A DNA stretch of 64,000 nt from Octopus vulgaris. Lineage: Eukaryota. The stretch spans positions 194,804,001 through 194,868,000 of the forward strand of contig OX597814.1 of assembly GCA_951406725.2 (NCBI GenBank), read 5' to 3'. The notes below the pieces were generated by a model. That model did no database searches. It saw only the letters and a list, made by a program, of their open reading frames with translations, and had not been told where the DNA came from. Positions within the stretch are counted from its first letter, which is position 1. The number at the start of each line of letters is the position of its first letter. Below, one piece after another: positions 36,431-49,765 of this stretch. The position numbers were made by a program, and so were the translations under genes.

Positions 36431-36737
36431 ATCATCATCATCATCATCATCGTTTAACGTCCGCTTTCCATGCTAGCATGGGTTGGACGGTTCAACTGGG
36501 GTCTGGGGAGCCCGAAGGCTGCACCAGGCCAGTCAGATCTGGCAGTGTTTCTACAGCTGGATGCCCTTCCTAACGCCAACCACTCCGAGAGTGTAGTGGG
36601 TGATTTTATGTGCCACCGACACAGGTGCCAGACGAGGCTGGCGAACGGCCACGCTCGGATGGTGTTTTTATGTGCCACCAACACAGGTGCCAGACGAGGC
36701 TGGCAGACGGCCACGCTCGGATGGTGTTTTTATGTGC

Positions 36738-36740
<3 letters not shown>
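36431..36740 (-). mobile_element. Young family A element with 62 bp units
   Basis: TGTGCCAC at 36609, 36671 and 36733. Confidence 0.88.
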
Positions 36741-36785
<45 letters not shown>

Positions 36786-36786
36786 T

Positions 36787-37097
36787 GTGGAGGCGCAATG
36801 GCCTAGAGGTTAGGGCAGTGGACTCGCGGTCGTAGGATCGCGGTTTCGATTCCCAGACCAGGTGTTGAGAGTGTTTATTGAGCGAAAACACCTAAAGCTC
36901 CACGAGGCTCCGGCAGGGAGTGGTGGCGATCCCTGCTGTACTCTTTCACCACAACTTTCTCCCACTCTTTCTTCTGTTGGCCTGCTCGCTTAGCCAGTGG
37001 GGTGGCATCATTTGAAGGCTAAAACAATGCAAAGCGCATTGTGACCAGCGATGTGTAGCAACATCTGATAGCCTGGTCGGTCATGTGATCACGTGAT
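36787..37097 (+). mobile_element. Family R SINE (tail a), full length
   Basis: A-box TGGCCTAGAGG, B-box GGTTTCGATTCC; ends GTGATCACGTGAT. Confidence 0.88.
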
Positions 37098-38381
37098 ATA
37101 TACACATACATATATATAAGATGGGTGTCTACCAAATCCACTCACAAAACTTCAATCAACCCATGGCTATAGTAGAAGACACTTTCCCAAGGTATCACAC
37201 AGTGAGACTGAACCTGGAACTATGTGGTTGAGAAGAAAACTTCATATCCCACAGCCATGCCTAAACAAGATTCAATGTCATACAAGTGACTTCCTTCGTT
37301 TTCCACTCTTCCATGAAAATATATCCATCATCATCATTATCATTATTTAACATCCGCTTTCCATGCTAGCATGAGTTGGACAGTTTGACCAGGGCTGGTA
37401 AGCTGGAAGGCTGCACCAGACTCCAGTCTGATTTGGCATGTTTTTTTACAGCTGGATGCCCTTCCTAACACCAACCACTCCGAGAGTGTAAGGGGTGCTT
37501 TTACATGCCACTAACATAGGTGCCATTTACGTGACAACAGTATCTGTCATGACTGCAATTTTACTTGTCTTCATGGGTCTTCTTCTCAAGCATGACATAA
37601 TGCCAAAGGTCTTGGTCATTTGTCAGTGCCTCTGTGAGGCCGAACACTTGAAAGGTGCTTTTTACATGCCACTGGCATCAACCACTTTGCCTCCACGAGG
37701 CCCAAAGCTCTAAAGGTGCTTTTTACATGCCACTGGCACAAATGCCAGTTATGTGATACCAGCATTGGCCATGACTACGATTTCACTTGGCTTGACAGGT
37801 CTTCTGAAGTATAGCCTATCAACAATGGTCTCGGTCACTGGTCATTGCCTCTGTGAAGCCCAAAGTTTGAGGATCATACTTCACCACCTCATCCTATGTC
37901 TTTCTGGGTCTACCTCTACCACAGGTTCCCCCCACAGTTAAAGATTGGCACTTTTTTACACAGCTGTCCTCAACCAGCATTGGAGAAATATTATCTTGCT
38001 TGGAAACTGGATGAGGGTGGGTGACAGGAAGAGCATCCACTCATAGAAAATCTGCCTCAATAGATTTCTTCTGACCCATGCAGACATGGAAAAGTGGACA
38101 TTAAAATGATGATGCTGAATCAGGAAGATTAGTAAGGGGACATTTTTTCATGTCATTCTGGTGTCAAATTGTAAGTGCATAACAACCTGGAGTGTGTGTA
38201 TAAGGACCTGTGGTTGGTGTATATATTTGCTGAGTAAAATAAGCAATCTTTAATTCGTATAATTTTATAATTCATTAATGTATTTATACACAAGTGATAT
38301 TTGATTAACATTTGGTTACTATATTTCTTTTGAAATACATTGACATTGCTTTTGCTTCAATTAATTTTTTAAATAATGAAA

Positions 38382-38715
38382 TCGTCATCATCATTGTTTA
38401 ACGTCCTTTTCCATGCTAGCATGGGTTGGACAGTTCGACCGGGGTCTGAGAAGCCAGGAAGCTGCACCAGGCTCCAGTCTGATCTGGCAGTGTTTCTACA
38501 GCTGGATGCCCTTCCTAACGCCAACCGTTCCGTGAATGTAGTGGGTACTTTTTACATGCCACCAGCACAGGTGTTAGGGGAGGCTGGCAACGGCCACAAT
38601 CGGTTGGTGCTTTTTACATGCCACTGGCACGGAAGCCAGTCAAGGCGGCACTGGCATCGGCCCCGATTGGTTGGTGCTTTTTACGTGCCACCAGCACAGG
38701 TATCACAATTACAAT
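38382..38715 (-). mobile_element. Family A element nested in a decayed piggyBac-like MITE (about 38305-38878)
   Basis: Tail, RTE-type segment and 2-3 units; flanks resemble MITE family 2 reversed. Confidence 0.75.
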
Positions 38716-38905
38716 TTCGTGATAACTGTGCCAGTGGAACTCTCATTATTAAATTGGTGTCTGGAAAAAATTAACTTAAAATTTTGATGGAAGATTATAA
38801 TTTAGATCCCTTGTAAACAGTGAGTGTATATCATAGAACGAGAGGCAGTCTCAGGTGGGTTGGTATCAAAAGGGTAAGGGTTTTGCTCTTTTATACACAT
38901 TTTTT

Positions 38906-39126
38906 GGCGGTGAGCTGGCAGAAACATTAGCGCGCCGGGCGAAATGCTTAGCGGTATTTTGTCTGTCATTACGTCTTGAGTTCAAATTCCGCTGGGGTCG
39001 ACTTTGCCTTTCATCCTTTCAGGGTTGATAAATAAAGTACCAGTTACGCATTGGGGTTGATATTATTGACTTAATCCCTTTGTTTGTCTCCTCTATGTTT
39101 AGCCCTTTGTGGGCAATAAAGAAATA
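38906..39126 (+). mobile_element. Family M SINE
   Basis: TSD TATACACATTTTTT on both sides. Confidence 0.88.
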
Positions 39127-39748
39127 TATACACATTTTTTGGTGGGTAGTTCAACTTTTACCCATGGGCAAACAAGCTTTTACCCATGGGCAAGCATGGG
39201 TAAAAACTCAAGTTAACCCTTATTTTGGGCTTTTTATTATTGTTTTAAATTTTGACAGTTTGTTATGTCTAAGTTGGTGTTGTTTTCTTTTTTTATTGTA
39301 ACTTCCTTATAAACGAAAACTTTACAAGTCTTTCTCTGAATTTTATGCAGACAATTCTATTTGTATATTCACAACAGCTACTCCAAATACTTATTTCTTC
39401 TCAGTAGTCTTATTACCCACCCTACTGCAAAGACGTGTGCACAAGCATTGCTTTATTTACTGGATCTACTTTACAACGTCTATCTGCCAAGTCGCTTCAG
39501 TTTTGTCCTACATTTTAACCATTAAATAAAGTTGTAAAATATTTACTCTTGTCAATTAAGAACACATTGTTAGCTATTAGCAATTTTTTGCATCTATTTC
39601 TCCTAAGATTTTATTTTATGTTTTATACTTTATATTTATATACTTTTATTTATTCAATTCACCCACCCACCTTTAGCAATTTATGTGGTAGTTTGCAGTT
39701 TTACTTATCTGTTTGTCAAGGAAGTGTTTTGTATATAGCTAACATATA

Positions 39749-40126
39749 CATGGGAGTGCTGAAAAGTTGGTGGCCGGTAATAAAGTCACAATTTTTGCTA
39801 GAAAAGTCACAATTAACTTATGGGATCTGCACAAAACCCCTCTAGGACAAAGCACCCCTGGACAAAACCCCTGTGCCTTTATTACCGTGACTTTTTTACC
39901 TGTGACTTTTTCACCTGGATTTGAAAAGTTCCTGGCTTTGAGTAAAAGAAAATACAGGAGGATCAGTTAATTATGATTTTATTTATCGTATTCCCTCTCA
40001 GATTCTCACACTTACTGTAGCAGTGTTTCAGTTTTTCTAAGCCCTGTAAAAAAACTCAGAATATCCGGCCCCCAATCAAGCCTTTCGCAATAACCTTTAA
40101 GCCAGGAATCTTTCACTGCTCCCTCG
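39749..40126. mobile_element. mariner-type MITE
   Basis: TA|CATGGGAGTGCTGAAAAGTT(CCTGGCTT)...AAGCCAGGAATCTTTCACTGCTCCCTCG. Confidence 0.72.
39769..39921. mobile_element. MULE-like mini element
   Basis: 9 bp TSD TGAAAAGTT at 39760-39768 and 39922-39930; subterminal AAAGTCAC/GTGACTTT repeats. Confidence 0.75.
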
Positions 40127-41379
40127 TCTTTAGGCACAAACACGATTGTATGCATAAGAAATTTGCTTTGTATCCACACAGGTTTCGAGTTCAGTCCCAC
40201 TGTTCAGCACTTTGGATAAGTATCTTCTGTAGACTTGGGCCAGCCAATGCTTTGTGAGTGAATTTGATAGACTGGAAACTGCAGATGCCCATCACATGCA
40301 TGCATGCATGCATGTGTGTGTGTGTGTGTGGTCTCTTCCAGGCTCTAGGATACTACTCAACTGCATGAATCCATCTGTTCTCTGTGAGCTTTGCTACGTG
40401 TCAAGCTTGGTGGAACCTGCACTTTTGCTATTCTGTGATCACATTGTTCATTCCACTTTCTTTTTGAATTACCTCATCTCAGATATGCTCCTGCAATGAT
40501 CTTTCCATGGCCCTCTATGTTGAATCCTGTTCTTTTTCTTTACATTCCACATCTTCCTTGCATATAAGAGCACAAGTAGAGTGATGCTGTTGTGTTTATG
40601 AAAGAAATTAATAACAAATGGTTGATGTACTGACTGGCAGTAGCCTCACTGGGGAGTGGCATGTTATTTTATGGCTGCTGTTTAAGTCTCAGATCAGTCC
40701 TGACGGAACAAGCCAATGATCAAATGTGTTCTGGCTGTTCTCTTTTTTTTTTTTATGAAGATGGGATAGTGTGATTGGAAGGAAACTTGGCTATTATTTC
40801 CAGCTGGGCAAACAACAACATTCAGGCTCCTTCATTGCTCTCAACAGATTAGGTACCAGGTGTTGGTACAAATGGATTGGTTCTCTGATATCCAGGGATT
40901 CATACTCAATATGTGCTCTCTGGTTTTGTTTCTGGTGAAAGGGTTGAGTCAGAAAGAAGGGGAGTGGGATTTATAACCATGTAGTGTGTGATATGGATGC
41001 GTGTATGCATATGTGTACACACAGACACACACACACACACACACGTGGGTATGTGGAGGGGGATTTACAGACTTTATTGCTCCAAACTAACTGCAAAACA
41101 CCTGATAAGAAAATATGAAAATCTAAAATAAAATGTTGAGGGAGAGAAGATGATAAAATACTTGCAACGCATTTAATTCAGTGTTGTTCTTTTTTGTTTC
41201 TTTGCTAACTTGGTGTCTCTAAAGTGAGATAAAATCCCTCTATAATAAGTTCTTATCAACCAGTCTACATGTATCTTCAGTTGTTATACTTTTTTGCTTT
41301 TAAAAGCAAGCGTTCAAAACCAAATATCTGAAACTAACATCTGTTTTTCCAAATGTTTTTTTTTCGGTAATTATATTAC

Positions 41380-41840
41380 TCTCTTTTTACTCTTTTTACT
41401 TGTTTCAGTCATTTGACTGAGGCCATGCTGGAGCAAATCGACCCCAGGACTTATTCTTTGTAAGCCTAGTACTTATTCTATCGGTCTCTTTTGCTGAACC
41501 GCTAAGTTACGGGGACGTAAACACACCAGCATTGGTTGTCAAGCAATGTTGGGGGGACTAACACAGACACACAAACATATACACACATACATACATACAT
41601 ACATATATATATATACATATATACAAGAAGCCTGTCGTATATATGTGTGTGTGTGTGTATATATAAATATATATACGATGGGCTTCTTTCAGTTTCCATC
41701 TACCAATTCCACTCACAAGGCTTTGGTCAGCCCGAGGCTATAGTAGAAGACACTTGCCCAAGGTGCCACGCAGTGGGACTGAACCTGGAACCATGTGGTT
41801 GGTAAGCAACCTACTTACCACAAGGTCACTCCTACGCCCT
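41380..41840 (-). mobile_element. Family C1 SINE with an internal partial duplication
   Basis: Full tail to head; short inverted AAGAAGCCTGTCGTATA piece within the microsatellite. Confidence 0.85.
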
Positions 41841-42429
41841 GCATACTCTAGAAGATTTATTTTATTTTTATTTATTTCAATCACAGTTTGTAAACAATGA
41901 CATCGTGTGTTACAGATTTCTAAAAGGTCAATCACTGACTTGTTCGTTACATTTCTGAGTGACAAGAAAATGTCTCTAGGTTTTGTGATTTGTACACATT
42001 GTTTATCTTCCTTGCTGATATACATTTATTAAAGATCTATAAATATATATGCCTTTATATATATTAATCAAGTATACAGCATTATAGATCTAATTAGCTA
42101 ATCTTACCTATTGGTTTTGCACTGGATATTAGATAAAAGTGCAATTAACACCATGTGTTCTTCAGAGGTGGCAGGCATGTTTATGAATGTTGATATTCCA
42201 TAGTTTTGTTTGTCTTGAACCGAATGAAACAATAGCATGCTGTCGACATTCTTTGTTAACAATCAATTGTTCTACACTTTTGAAGACCAGTGGATCAATG
42301 GAACTCCCTTACTCCCAAGTAATACTTGATATCAGGAAGGACATCAGACTGCAAATAATTTCCAATCAAACACTTTCTTGCATAAATAAACAGATATTAA
42401 ATGAAGGAATGAAACAAGCAAATGATCTA

Positions 42430-42700
42430 CCATTTAGACTGGCTCCTGTGCAGGTGGCATGTAAAAAACACCATTTGAGCGTGACCGTTGCCAGTACCGC
42501 CTGACTGGCCCTCGTGTCGGTGGCATGTAAAAGCACCCACTACACTCTCGGAGTGGTTGGCGTTAGGAAGGGCATCCAGCTGTAGAAACTCTGCCAGATC
42601 AAGATTGGAGCCTGGTGCAGCCATCTGGTTCACCAGTTCTCGGTCAAATCGTCCAACCCATGCTAGCATGGAAAGCGAACATTAAACAATGATGATGATG
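42430..42700 (+). mobile_element. Family A element, 2 units
   Basis: Units, RTE-type segment, (GAT)n. Confidence 0.85.
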
Positions 42701-42956
42701 AATTGTCAGCATGCGGGACAAAATGCTTAGTGGCATCCTGTCCATCTTTACATTTTGAAGTTCAAATGCCACCGAGGTTGACTTAGCTTTTTATCCTTTC
42801 AGGGTTGATGAAATAAGCACCATTTGAACTCTGGGGTTGATATAACTGACTACCCCACTCCCCACTCCTAAAATTTCAGGCCTTGTGCCTGTAATGGAAA
42901 CAATTATGTGTGTATGTTAATGTTGTTTAGGCCCAAGTCAGCTCTGATTCACCATT

Positions 42957-43358
42957 ATTACTTCTTTATTGCCCACAAGGGGCTAAACACAGAGAGGACA
43001 AACATGGATAGACAAACGGATTAAGTCGATCATATCGACCCCAGTGCGTAACTGGTACTTATTTAATCGACCCCGAAAGGATGAAAGGCTAAGTCGACCT
43101 CAGCGGAATTTGTACTCGCAACGTAATGACAGACGAAATACCTATTTCTTTACTACCCACAAGAGGCTAAACATAGAGAGGACAAACATGGACAGACTAA
43201 CGGACTAAGTCGATTATATCGACCCCAGAGCGTAACTGGTACTTAATTAATCGACCCCGAAAGGATGAAAGGCTAAGTCGACCTCAGAAAGTAGCAACAG
43301 ACGAAATACCACTAGGCATTCCGCCCGGCGTGCTAACGTTTCTGCCAGCTCACTGCCT
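42957..43358 (-). mobile_element. Family M SINE dimer (tail A twice)
   Basis: 14 bp TSD TCTGATTCACCATT at 42943-42956 and 43359-43372. Confidence 0.9.
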
Positions 43359-43731
43359 TCTGATTCACCATTCTGTTGACGAAAGATGTTCAAGCTGTGA
43401 ACATCCAGTTTTTCTTATTGAGACATAGTGTATCTAGGACTAAATTATTTTAAGGTACTAGAGTGTGAGAGAGTAGTCGCTGTTGTGTCTAACAGAATGA
43501 CTGATTAACAGAGACTTTCTAGTTAACTTGGTATGTATATGTGAGATTGGTAGTCAACAATATATCAGTTAAGTACATGATTTATAAATTCTTTTTATTC
43601 ATAAGGTATTTGTTGAGATGGATTTAGCAACAAAGAAATTGAGAGGTTAAAGTAAGGTTACTACTGAAATTTGAAGCTATTGTTGAACTTTTACACCTTC
43701 AGCATGAAGCGTAGTGAACTGGAACATATCA

Positions 43732-43772
<41 letters not shown>

Positions 43773-44019
43773 CTCATGTAAACATGGTTGCATGGTAAAG
43801 AAGTATGCTTTGCAACTATGTGGTTCTGGGTACAGTTCCACTGTGTGGCACCTTGTGCAAGTGTCTTCTATTATAGCCCTGGGCCAACTGACGTCTTATG
43901 AGTGAATTTGGTTGAAAGAAGCCTCTTGTGTGTGTGTTACCGTCACTGCTTGGCAACCAGTGTTGGTTTGTTTATGTTCCTATAACATAGTGGTTCAGAA
44001 GTGATTAGTAGAATAAATT

Positions 44020-44455
44020 TTAGTGGCACAGGAAAAGTACCAGCTAAATATGGTCGATACCACTGCCCCTTGACTGGCTCCCATGCAGGTGGCACATAAA
44101 ATGCACCATCCAAACGTGGCCAATGCCAGTACCGCCTGACTGGCTCCCAAGCCAGTGGCACGTAAAAAGCACCATCCGAACATGGTTGATGCCAGGTCCA
44201 CATGCTGGTGACACATAAAGAGCACTATCCAAATGTGATCAATGCCTGGGCCACCTGACTGGGTTCTGTGCCAGTGGCATGTAAAAAAGCACCCACTATT
44301 CTCTTGGAATGGTTGGCAATAGGAAGGGCATCCAGCTGTAGAAACCTTGCCAAAGCAGATTGGAACCTGGTGCAGCTGCTGGCTCTCCAGTCCGCAGTCA
44401 AACTGTCCATCTCATGCCAGCATGGAAAACAGACGTTAAACACTGATGATGATAA
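44020..44455 (+). mobile_element. Family A element with 66 bp units, inserted in a C1 SINE
   Basis: GACTGGCTCCC at 44072 and 44138; same unit type as 4707-5440. Confidence 0.85.
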
Positions 44456-45012
44456 TGACTTTACTTGTTTCAGTCATTAGACTATGGCCATGCTGCAGCA
44501 CCATGAAGTTGACCCCTGTACTTATTCTTTCCTTTAAAGTTTAGTACTTATTCTGTTGGCCTCTTTTTGTTGAACTGCTAAGTTATGGGGATGTAAACAC
44601 ACCAACACAGAATGTCAAGTGATAATGATTATGATGGTGGTAATGATTGAACAAATACAGACACACACACACACACACAATAAGCTTCTAGCAGTTTCTG
44701 CCTATCAAATTCACTCCCAAGACATTAGTTAGCCCAGGGCTACAGTAGAAGACACTTGCCCAAGGTGCTGTGCTGTAGGACTGAACCAAAAATGTCATGG
44801 TTGCAAAGCAAGCTTCTTAACTTCACAGCCTACTTGTAGCTAAAAATGTAGATTTTTAAAGGAACGCTATGATTAAATAAATTGATTTAAGCACATGCCT
44901 ATTGATTTGTTGACCCTGGAAGGGTTCATCATCATTTAGCGTCTATTTTCCATGCTGGTATGTATTGTACGGTTGGAGAGGAGCTGACCAGCTGAAGGGC
45001 TGTTCAGGTTCC

Positions 45013-45484
45013 CTGGGGGAATCACAACCGTGTTTCGTGGTCTGCTACCACAACAGCTCCTTTATAGGATCCAGTTAGCTCAAGACATCATCAGGAGGAA
45101 CCACGTCCAGTTTCGGCCCTACTCCTTTACCGTTTTGACGTGGCACCCCCCACCCCCACCCCTTTCGGAGGTGTCTTTAGCTCTGGTGTTGGGTGCATGT
45201 CTTCTTTCTTCTACTTTCTTCTGTTCCCTGGCCTCTTCGATGTATCGTCAGCGAGTGTCAGCCGGTGACTGACTGTCTTGTCAAATTTTTCCCTTTAAAT
45301 ACCTGCCGCATAGGCTCCAGCAGGCAGTCCCAGCAAGTTGTCACGTGACACTGTCTCACCTTAACTGACTAATGAAGGCGCGTAGTTTTAGCCTGCACTT
45401 TTTCTAAATGACCGTCACCTGTCAGTCAGCTTGTCTCACCTAATGATGTTATTTCCCGTCGGCATGTTTATGACTTTCAAGCCA
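45013..45484 (-). mobile_element. LTR-like or other promoter-bearing insert splitting a family A copy
   Basis: Host sequence resumes on both sides; CpG-intact; E-box, TATA and Inr on the minus strand; no clear TSD. Confidence 0.45.
45267..45350 (-). promoter_or_regulatory. E-box palindrome, TATA and Inr
   Basis: TGTCACGTGACA at 45339-45350; TATTTAAA at 45294-45301; TCAGTC at 45267-45272 with its A 31 nt after the TATA start. Confidence 0.45.
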
Positions 45485-46596
45485 TTTTCGGCATGGTTTC
45501 TATGGCTGGATGCCCTTCCTAAGGCCAACCACTTTACAGAGTGTACTATGTGCTTTTATGCAGCACTGGCATAGATGCTTTTTACGTAGCACCATCACCT
45601 ATGAGCCTGTGAGATTAGGGATGCTCAGCTGGAGAGGGTTATATGGTAAATTCAACCATAGCAGGATTTGAACTCAGAATGTAGAGGGGTGAATTTTAAC
45701 TACCAATCACAAGTCAGTTAGCTGAATATGCTGTCTTCTTTTATTTGTTTTATTGATTTTTTTTTGTGTTTATAGTATCATATTCTACTATCATATATAC
45801 AATTAGCAATGCTTAAGTCAGAGTCCTTAATTAAGCTTGTCAGTATGTTAGCAATAACAGTGTAATCTAAACCAGATAGCCTGAGGTCAAGAGATCTGTT
45901 ATATGCTTAATTATAATGTTTATATCAGGTTAAAGAATTTACAGTAAACAAACATAGAAAATTTAGTTCCCCCCTTTTGTTCTTCTGTAACTTAACATCA
46001 AAGTTTAAATGTAAACAAGACACCTATACTATATAATAAAGAAAGCTGCTTATAAATTTAGATATGAACTTGTAACTTTTACTAAACGAAAGCAAGTATT
46101 AAAGTCTACACTGTTTAGAAAATTCTTATAAATTCCAATTTTAATATGTTATCAAAATGTGGTTTGTAAAATATTTTTATCATTGAATATTTTAACTCTA
46201 CAATTCATTCACAAAACTAATTTTAATTCACTGTGACATAATCATCTTATACTGCATGATAATGTTTTTTTTAACCTCTGTTTATACTCCTCTTGGAATA
46301 TAAAGTTACCCAATATTTGCAACACTACATTCTACAGACATATCAGTATATTTCTTCAGATTAATAGTTTGCACCAGCATCATCCAAAACATGTTGACTC
46401 CAATATCTTTTCATATTTATTAGTTGTTAAAGACAATAAACTGAGGACTTTTTCACAGCCATTCTAAGTCAACATAATAACCTGGTTTCTTTCAACTTCT
46501 AATGCTATCTTTGAGTACTTGACATTATTCTAAATTTATTTATTAAGCAAATGAGTTCTGTAGGGCAAAGGATATAAAGATACAAAGGCAAATTAG

Positions 46597-46629
<33 letters not shown>

Positions 46630-46756
46630 AGAAAAGTTACAAAAAATCAGGAATTTAATGTGTTTCAGTCCCACTGCATGGATCCTTGGGCAAGTGTTTT
46701 CTACTAAAGCCTCAGGCTCACCAGAGCTTTGTGAGTGGATTTGGTAGACGGAATAT

Positions 46757-46943
46757 GTTAGTTAGTTAATTTTTGGCTCAAAAAGCAAAAAGCAAGGCCA
46801 TGTAGGGGGACATGGAGTTATGTACAGGGTGGTGTTCATGTAAAGAGTTCAGGCCACTTGTGGTCAAGGGAGACTTTGAACAAAGCGGTCGTTGGCATCT
46901 TCACCATCTCGTCTGGCAGCTTATTCCACGGATCCGCAACCCG
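46757..46943 (-). mobile_element. CR1-clade LINE 3' end, second copy, inside a C1 SINE
   Basis: Near-identical to 35272-35463. Confidence 0.85.
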
Positions 46944-47414
46944 TATATATATAACTGCATGTGTCTTTATGTCTGTGTTTGTCTCCTACCCCCACTCGAT
47001 AACTGGTATTCATATGTTTATGTCCCCATAACTTAGCGGTTTGGCAAAAGAGACTTATAGAATAAGTACCAAGCTTAAAAAGAAAGGACTAGGGTCAATT
47101 CATTGAACTAAAAATTTCTCAAGCTGGTGCCCTAGCATGGCTGCAACAAACAAAGGATAAAAGGTACTGAAGAATGCAGTTGCACTCCTCAGTGCAGGAA
47201 TTGAAACCACAAACTTGCAATCATGAATGCAATGGCCTAACCTCTAGGCCATACATCATTGTATCTATAACAGATGAGACTAAATTAAATTCCATGTTGT
47301 TTATGGAAAAGCTTTCTTCTTTTAATGTTTGCATAAGTTAAGACTTGAGAAAGGGACTGTGGCCATAGATTCACAAGCATTCATAGACTGGTGAGAACGA
47401 CACCGTTGACATAT

Positions 47415-47787
47415 ACTCTTACTCTTTTACTTGTTTCAGTCATTTGACTGCGGCCATGCGGGACTTATTCTTTTTGTAAGCCCAGTACTTATTCTATCGG
47501 TCTCTTTTTGCCGAACCGCTAAGTGACGGGGACGTAAACACCAGCATCGGTTGTCAAGCAATGCTAGGGGGACAAACACAGACACACAAACACACACACA
47601 TACATATATATATATACATATATACGACAGGCTTCTTTCAGTTTCCGTCTACCAAATCCACTCACAAGGCATTGGTCGGCCCGGGGCTATAGTAGAAGAC
47701 ACTTGCCCAAGATGCCACGCAGTGGGATTGAACCCGGAACCATGTGGCTGGTTAGCAAGCTACTTACCACACAGCCACTCCTGCACC
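47415..47787 (-). mobile_element. Family C1 SINE
   Basis: Full length with a small deletion. Confidence 0.9.
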
Positions 47788-47908
47788 TATGATTTAAATT
47801 ATACTTTTATTTGTTTCAATCATTGGATTGCAGCCATACAATAGCATGCATATAAATCGTGTGTATATTAAAAGACTCTGAGATGCTCTGTGTTTTTTTT
47901 CATAGAGT

Positions 47909-48312
47909 GGTGCAGGAGTGGCTGTGTGGTAAGTAGCTTGCTTACCAACCACATGATTCCGGGTTCATTCCCACTGCATGGCACCTTGGGCAAGTGTCTT
48001 CTACTATAGCCTTGGGCCGACCAAAGCCTTGTGAGTGGATTTGGTAGACGGAAACTGAAAGAAGCCTGTCGTATATGTGTATATGTATGTATGTGTGAGT
48101 ATATGTTTGTGTGTCTGTGTTTGTCTCCCCAACATCGCTTGACAACCAATGCTGGTGTGTTTACGTCCCCGTAACTTAGCGGTTCAGCAAAAGAGACAAA
48201 TAGAATAAGTACTAGGCTTACAAAGAATAAGTCCTGGGGGTCGATTTGCTCGACTAAAAGCAGTGCTCCAGCATGGCCGCAGTCAAATGACAAACAAATA
48301 AAAGAGAAAGAG
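47909..48312 (+). mobile_element. Family C1 SINE
   Basis: Full length; head-to-head with the previous copy. Confidence 0.9.
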
Positions 48313-49080
48313 AGAGTTATCTCCCTTGCTAGATATTTTTATCAGTGCATAACAGGAGACTGGCAGGGTATATAAATAGTGGTCTCCTGCACTGCTTGAA
48401 GGGAGGAGTTTCTGCCGTGAGGTTTCTCTGTGGCACAGCAGAATTCGAACATTGATATACAGTGTTCATTGCGGCATCCTATCATCTACGAACAATATTA
48501 CCCAGCTAGCAGTCTAATAGGTCATTACTCTTTGATGTGAATCTTCTCCCACCAGCTGAGAAAACATTCCTGTGTGTTTGTCTGTGTGCTTTTATGCTTT
48601 TTGCAGTGAAAATTTTTCTGTCTGTTTAAAATTGTACAATAATATGTTTAAAAACTGTAGTTTTATTACTTTAAAATCTCTCATTACCACATCCATTTTC
48701 CCATGCCTGCATGGGTTTGATGAAACTTGTTTAGGCAGATATTCTGTGGCCAGACAGAGGCTCTTTTCACCCATTTCCCAAGGTATCTCCATTCCACTGG
48801 TCCTCCTCAGGTGTCAGAAATATTACTAGTTTTGCTTATCAGAGAATGTAAACCACAACACAGGTGCTTGGAAATGACATTCCAACACACACACACACAC
48901 ACATGCACGCATACACTTACATGTACACACAAACATACACATGCATACATATATGAAGGAGGGGGCTTCTGCTCAATTTCTGTTTACCTATCTTGTTGAA
49001 AAGGCATTGATTAGTTCAATAGACACTTTTCCAAAGTGTCATGCAGTGTGACTGAACCCAGAGCCTTGTTTGTGTGTGTA

Positions 49081-49113
<33 letters not shown>

Positions 49114-49321
49114 CTCATCATCATCATCGTTTAACGTCCGACTTCCATGCTAGAAGAGGCACCTGCACTCACAGGGTCACCAAGTACTTGCAAGACATTA
49201 AAAAAAAAAATCATCATATTCACTTAACGTCTGTTTCCCATGCTTGCATGGGTCGGATGGCTCGACAGGATCTGCTGCAGGTTTGTGATAAGCTCTGGTG
49301 TAGGTTTTGGCAAGACACATC

Positions 49322-49765
49322 CATACATACTATACATTCATACTATACATACATACTATACATACATGCATACTATGCATTCATACATACTATGCATACA
49401 TACTATACATGCATACTATACATACATGCATACCATACTTACATGCATACTATACATACATGCATATTATACATACATGCATACTATACATACATGCATA
49501 CTATGCATACATACATACATACGTACATACTATATTTACGTACATACTATACATACATGCATACTATACATACATGCATACTATACATACATGCATACTA
49601 TACATACATACGTATATACTATACATACGTACATACTATACATACGCACATACTATACATACGCACATACTATACATACATGCATACTATACATACATGC
49701 ATACTATACATACATGCATACTATACATACATGCATACTATACATACATGCATACTATACATACT
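49322..49765. repeat. 17 bp minisatellite (CATACTATACATACATG)n
   Basis: Directly visible, about 26 units. Confidence 0.95.

Noticed and set aside
36787-36860. tRNA gene (also 63382-63455 and other A/B-box heads)
   Set aside because: Imperfect cloverleaf continuing into SINE bodies; these are SINE heads.
41880-42120. Forkhead-like motif clusters (also 45940-46020)
   Set aside because: Short AT-rich motifs are expected by chance at this base composition without conservation data.
45025-45100. Hammerhead on the minus strand (CTGATGA...GAAAC)
   Set aside because: Stem I cannot form, and the best stem (GTGGT/ACCAC) is not adjacent to CTGATGA.
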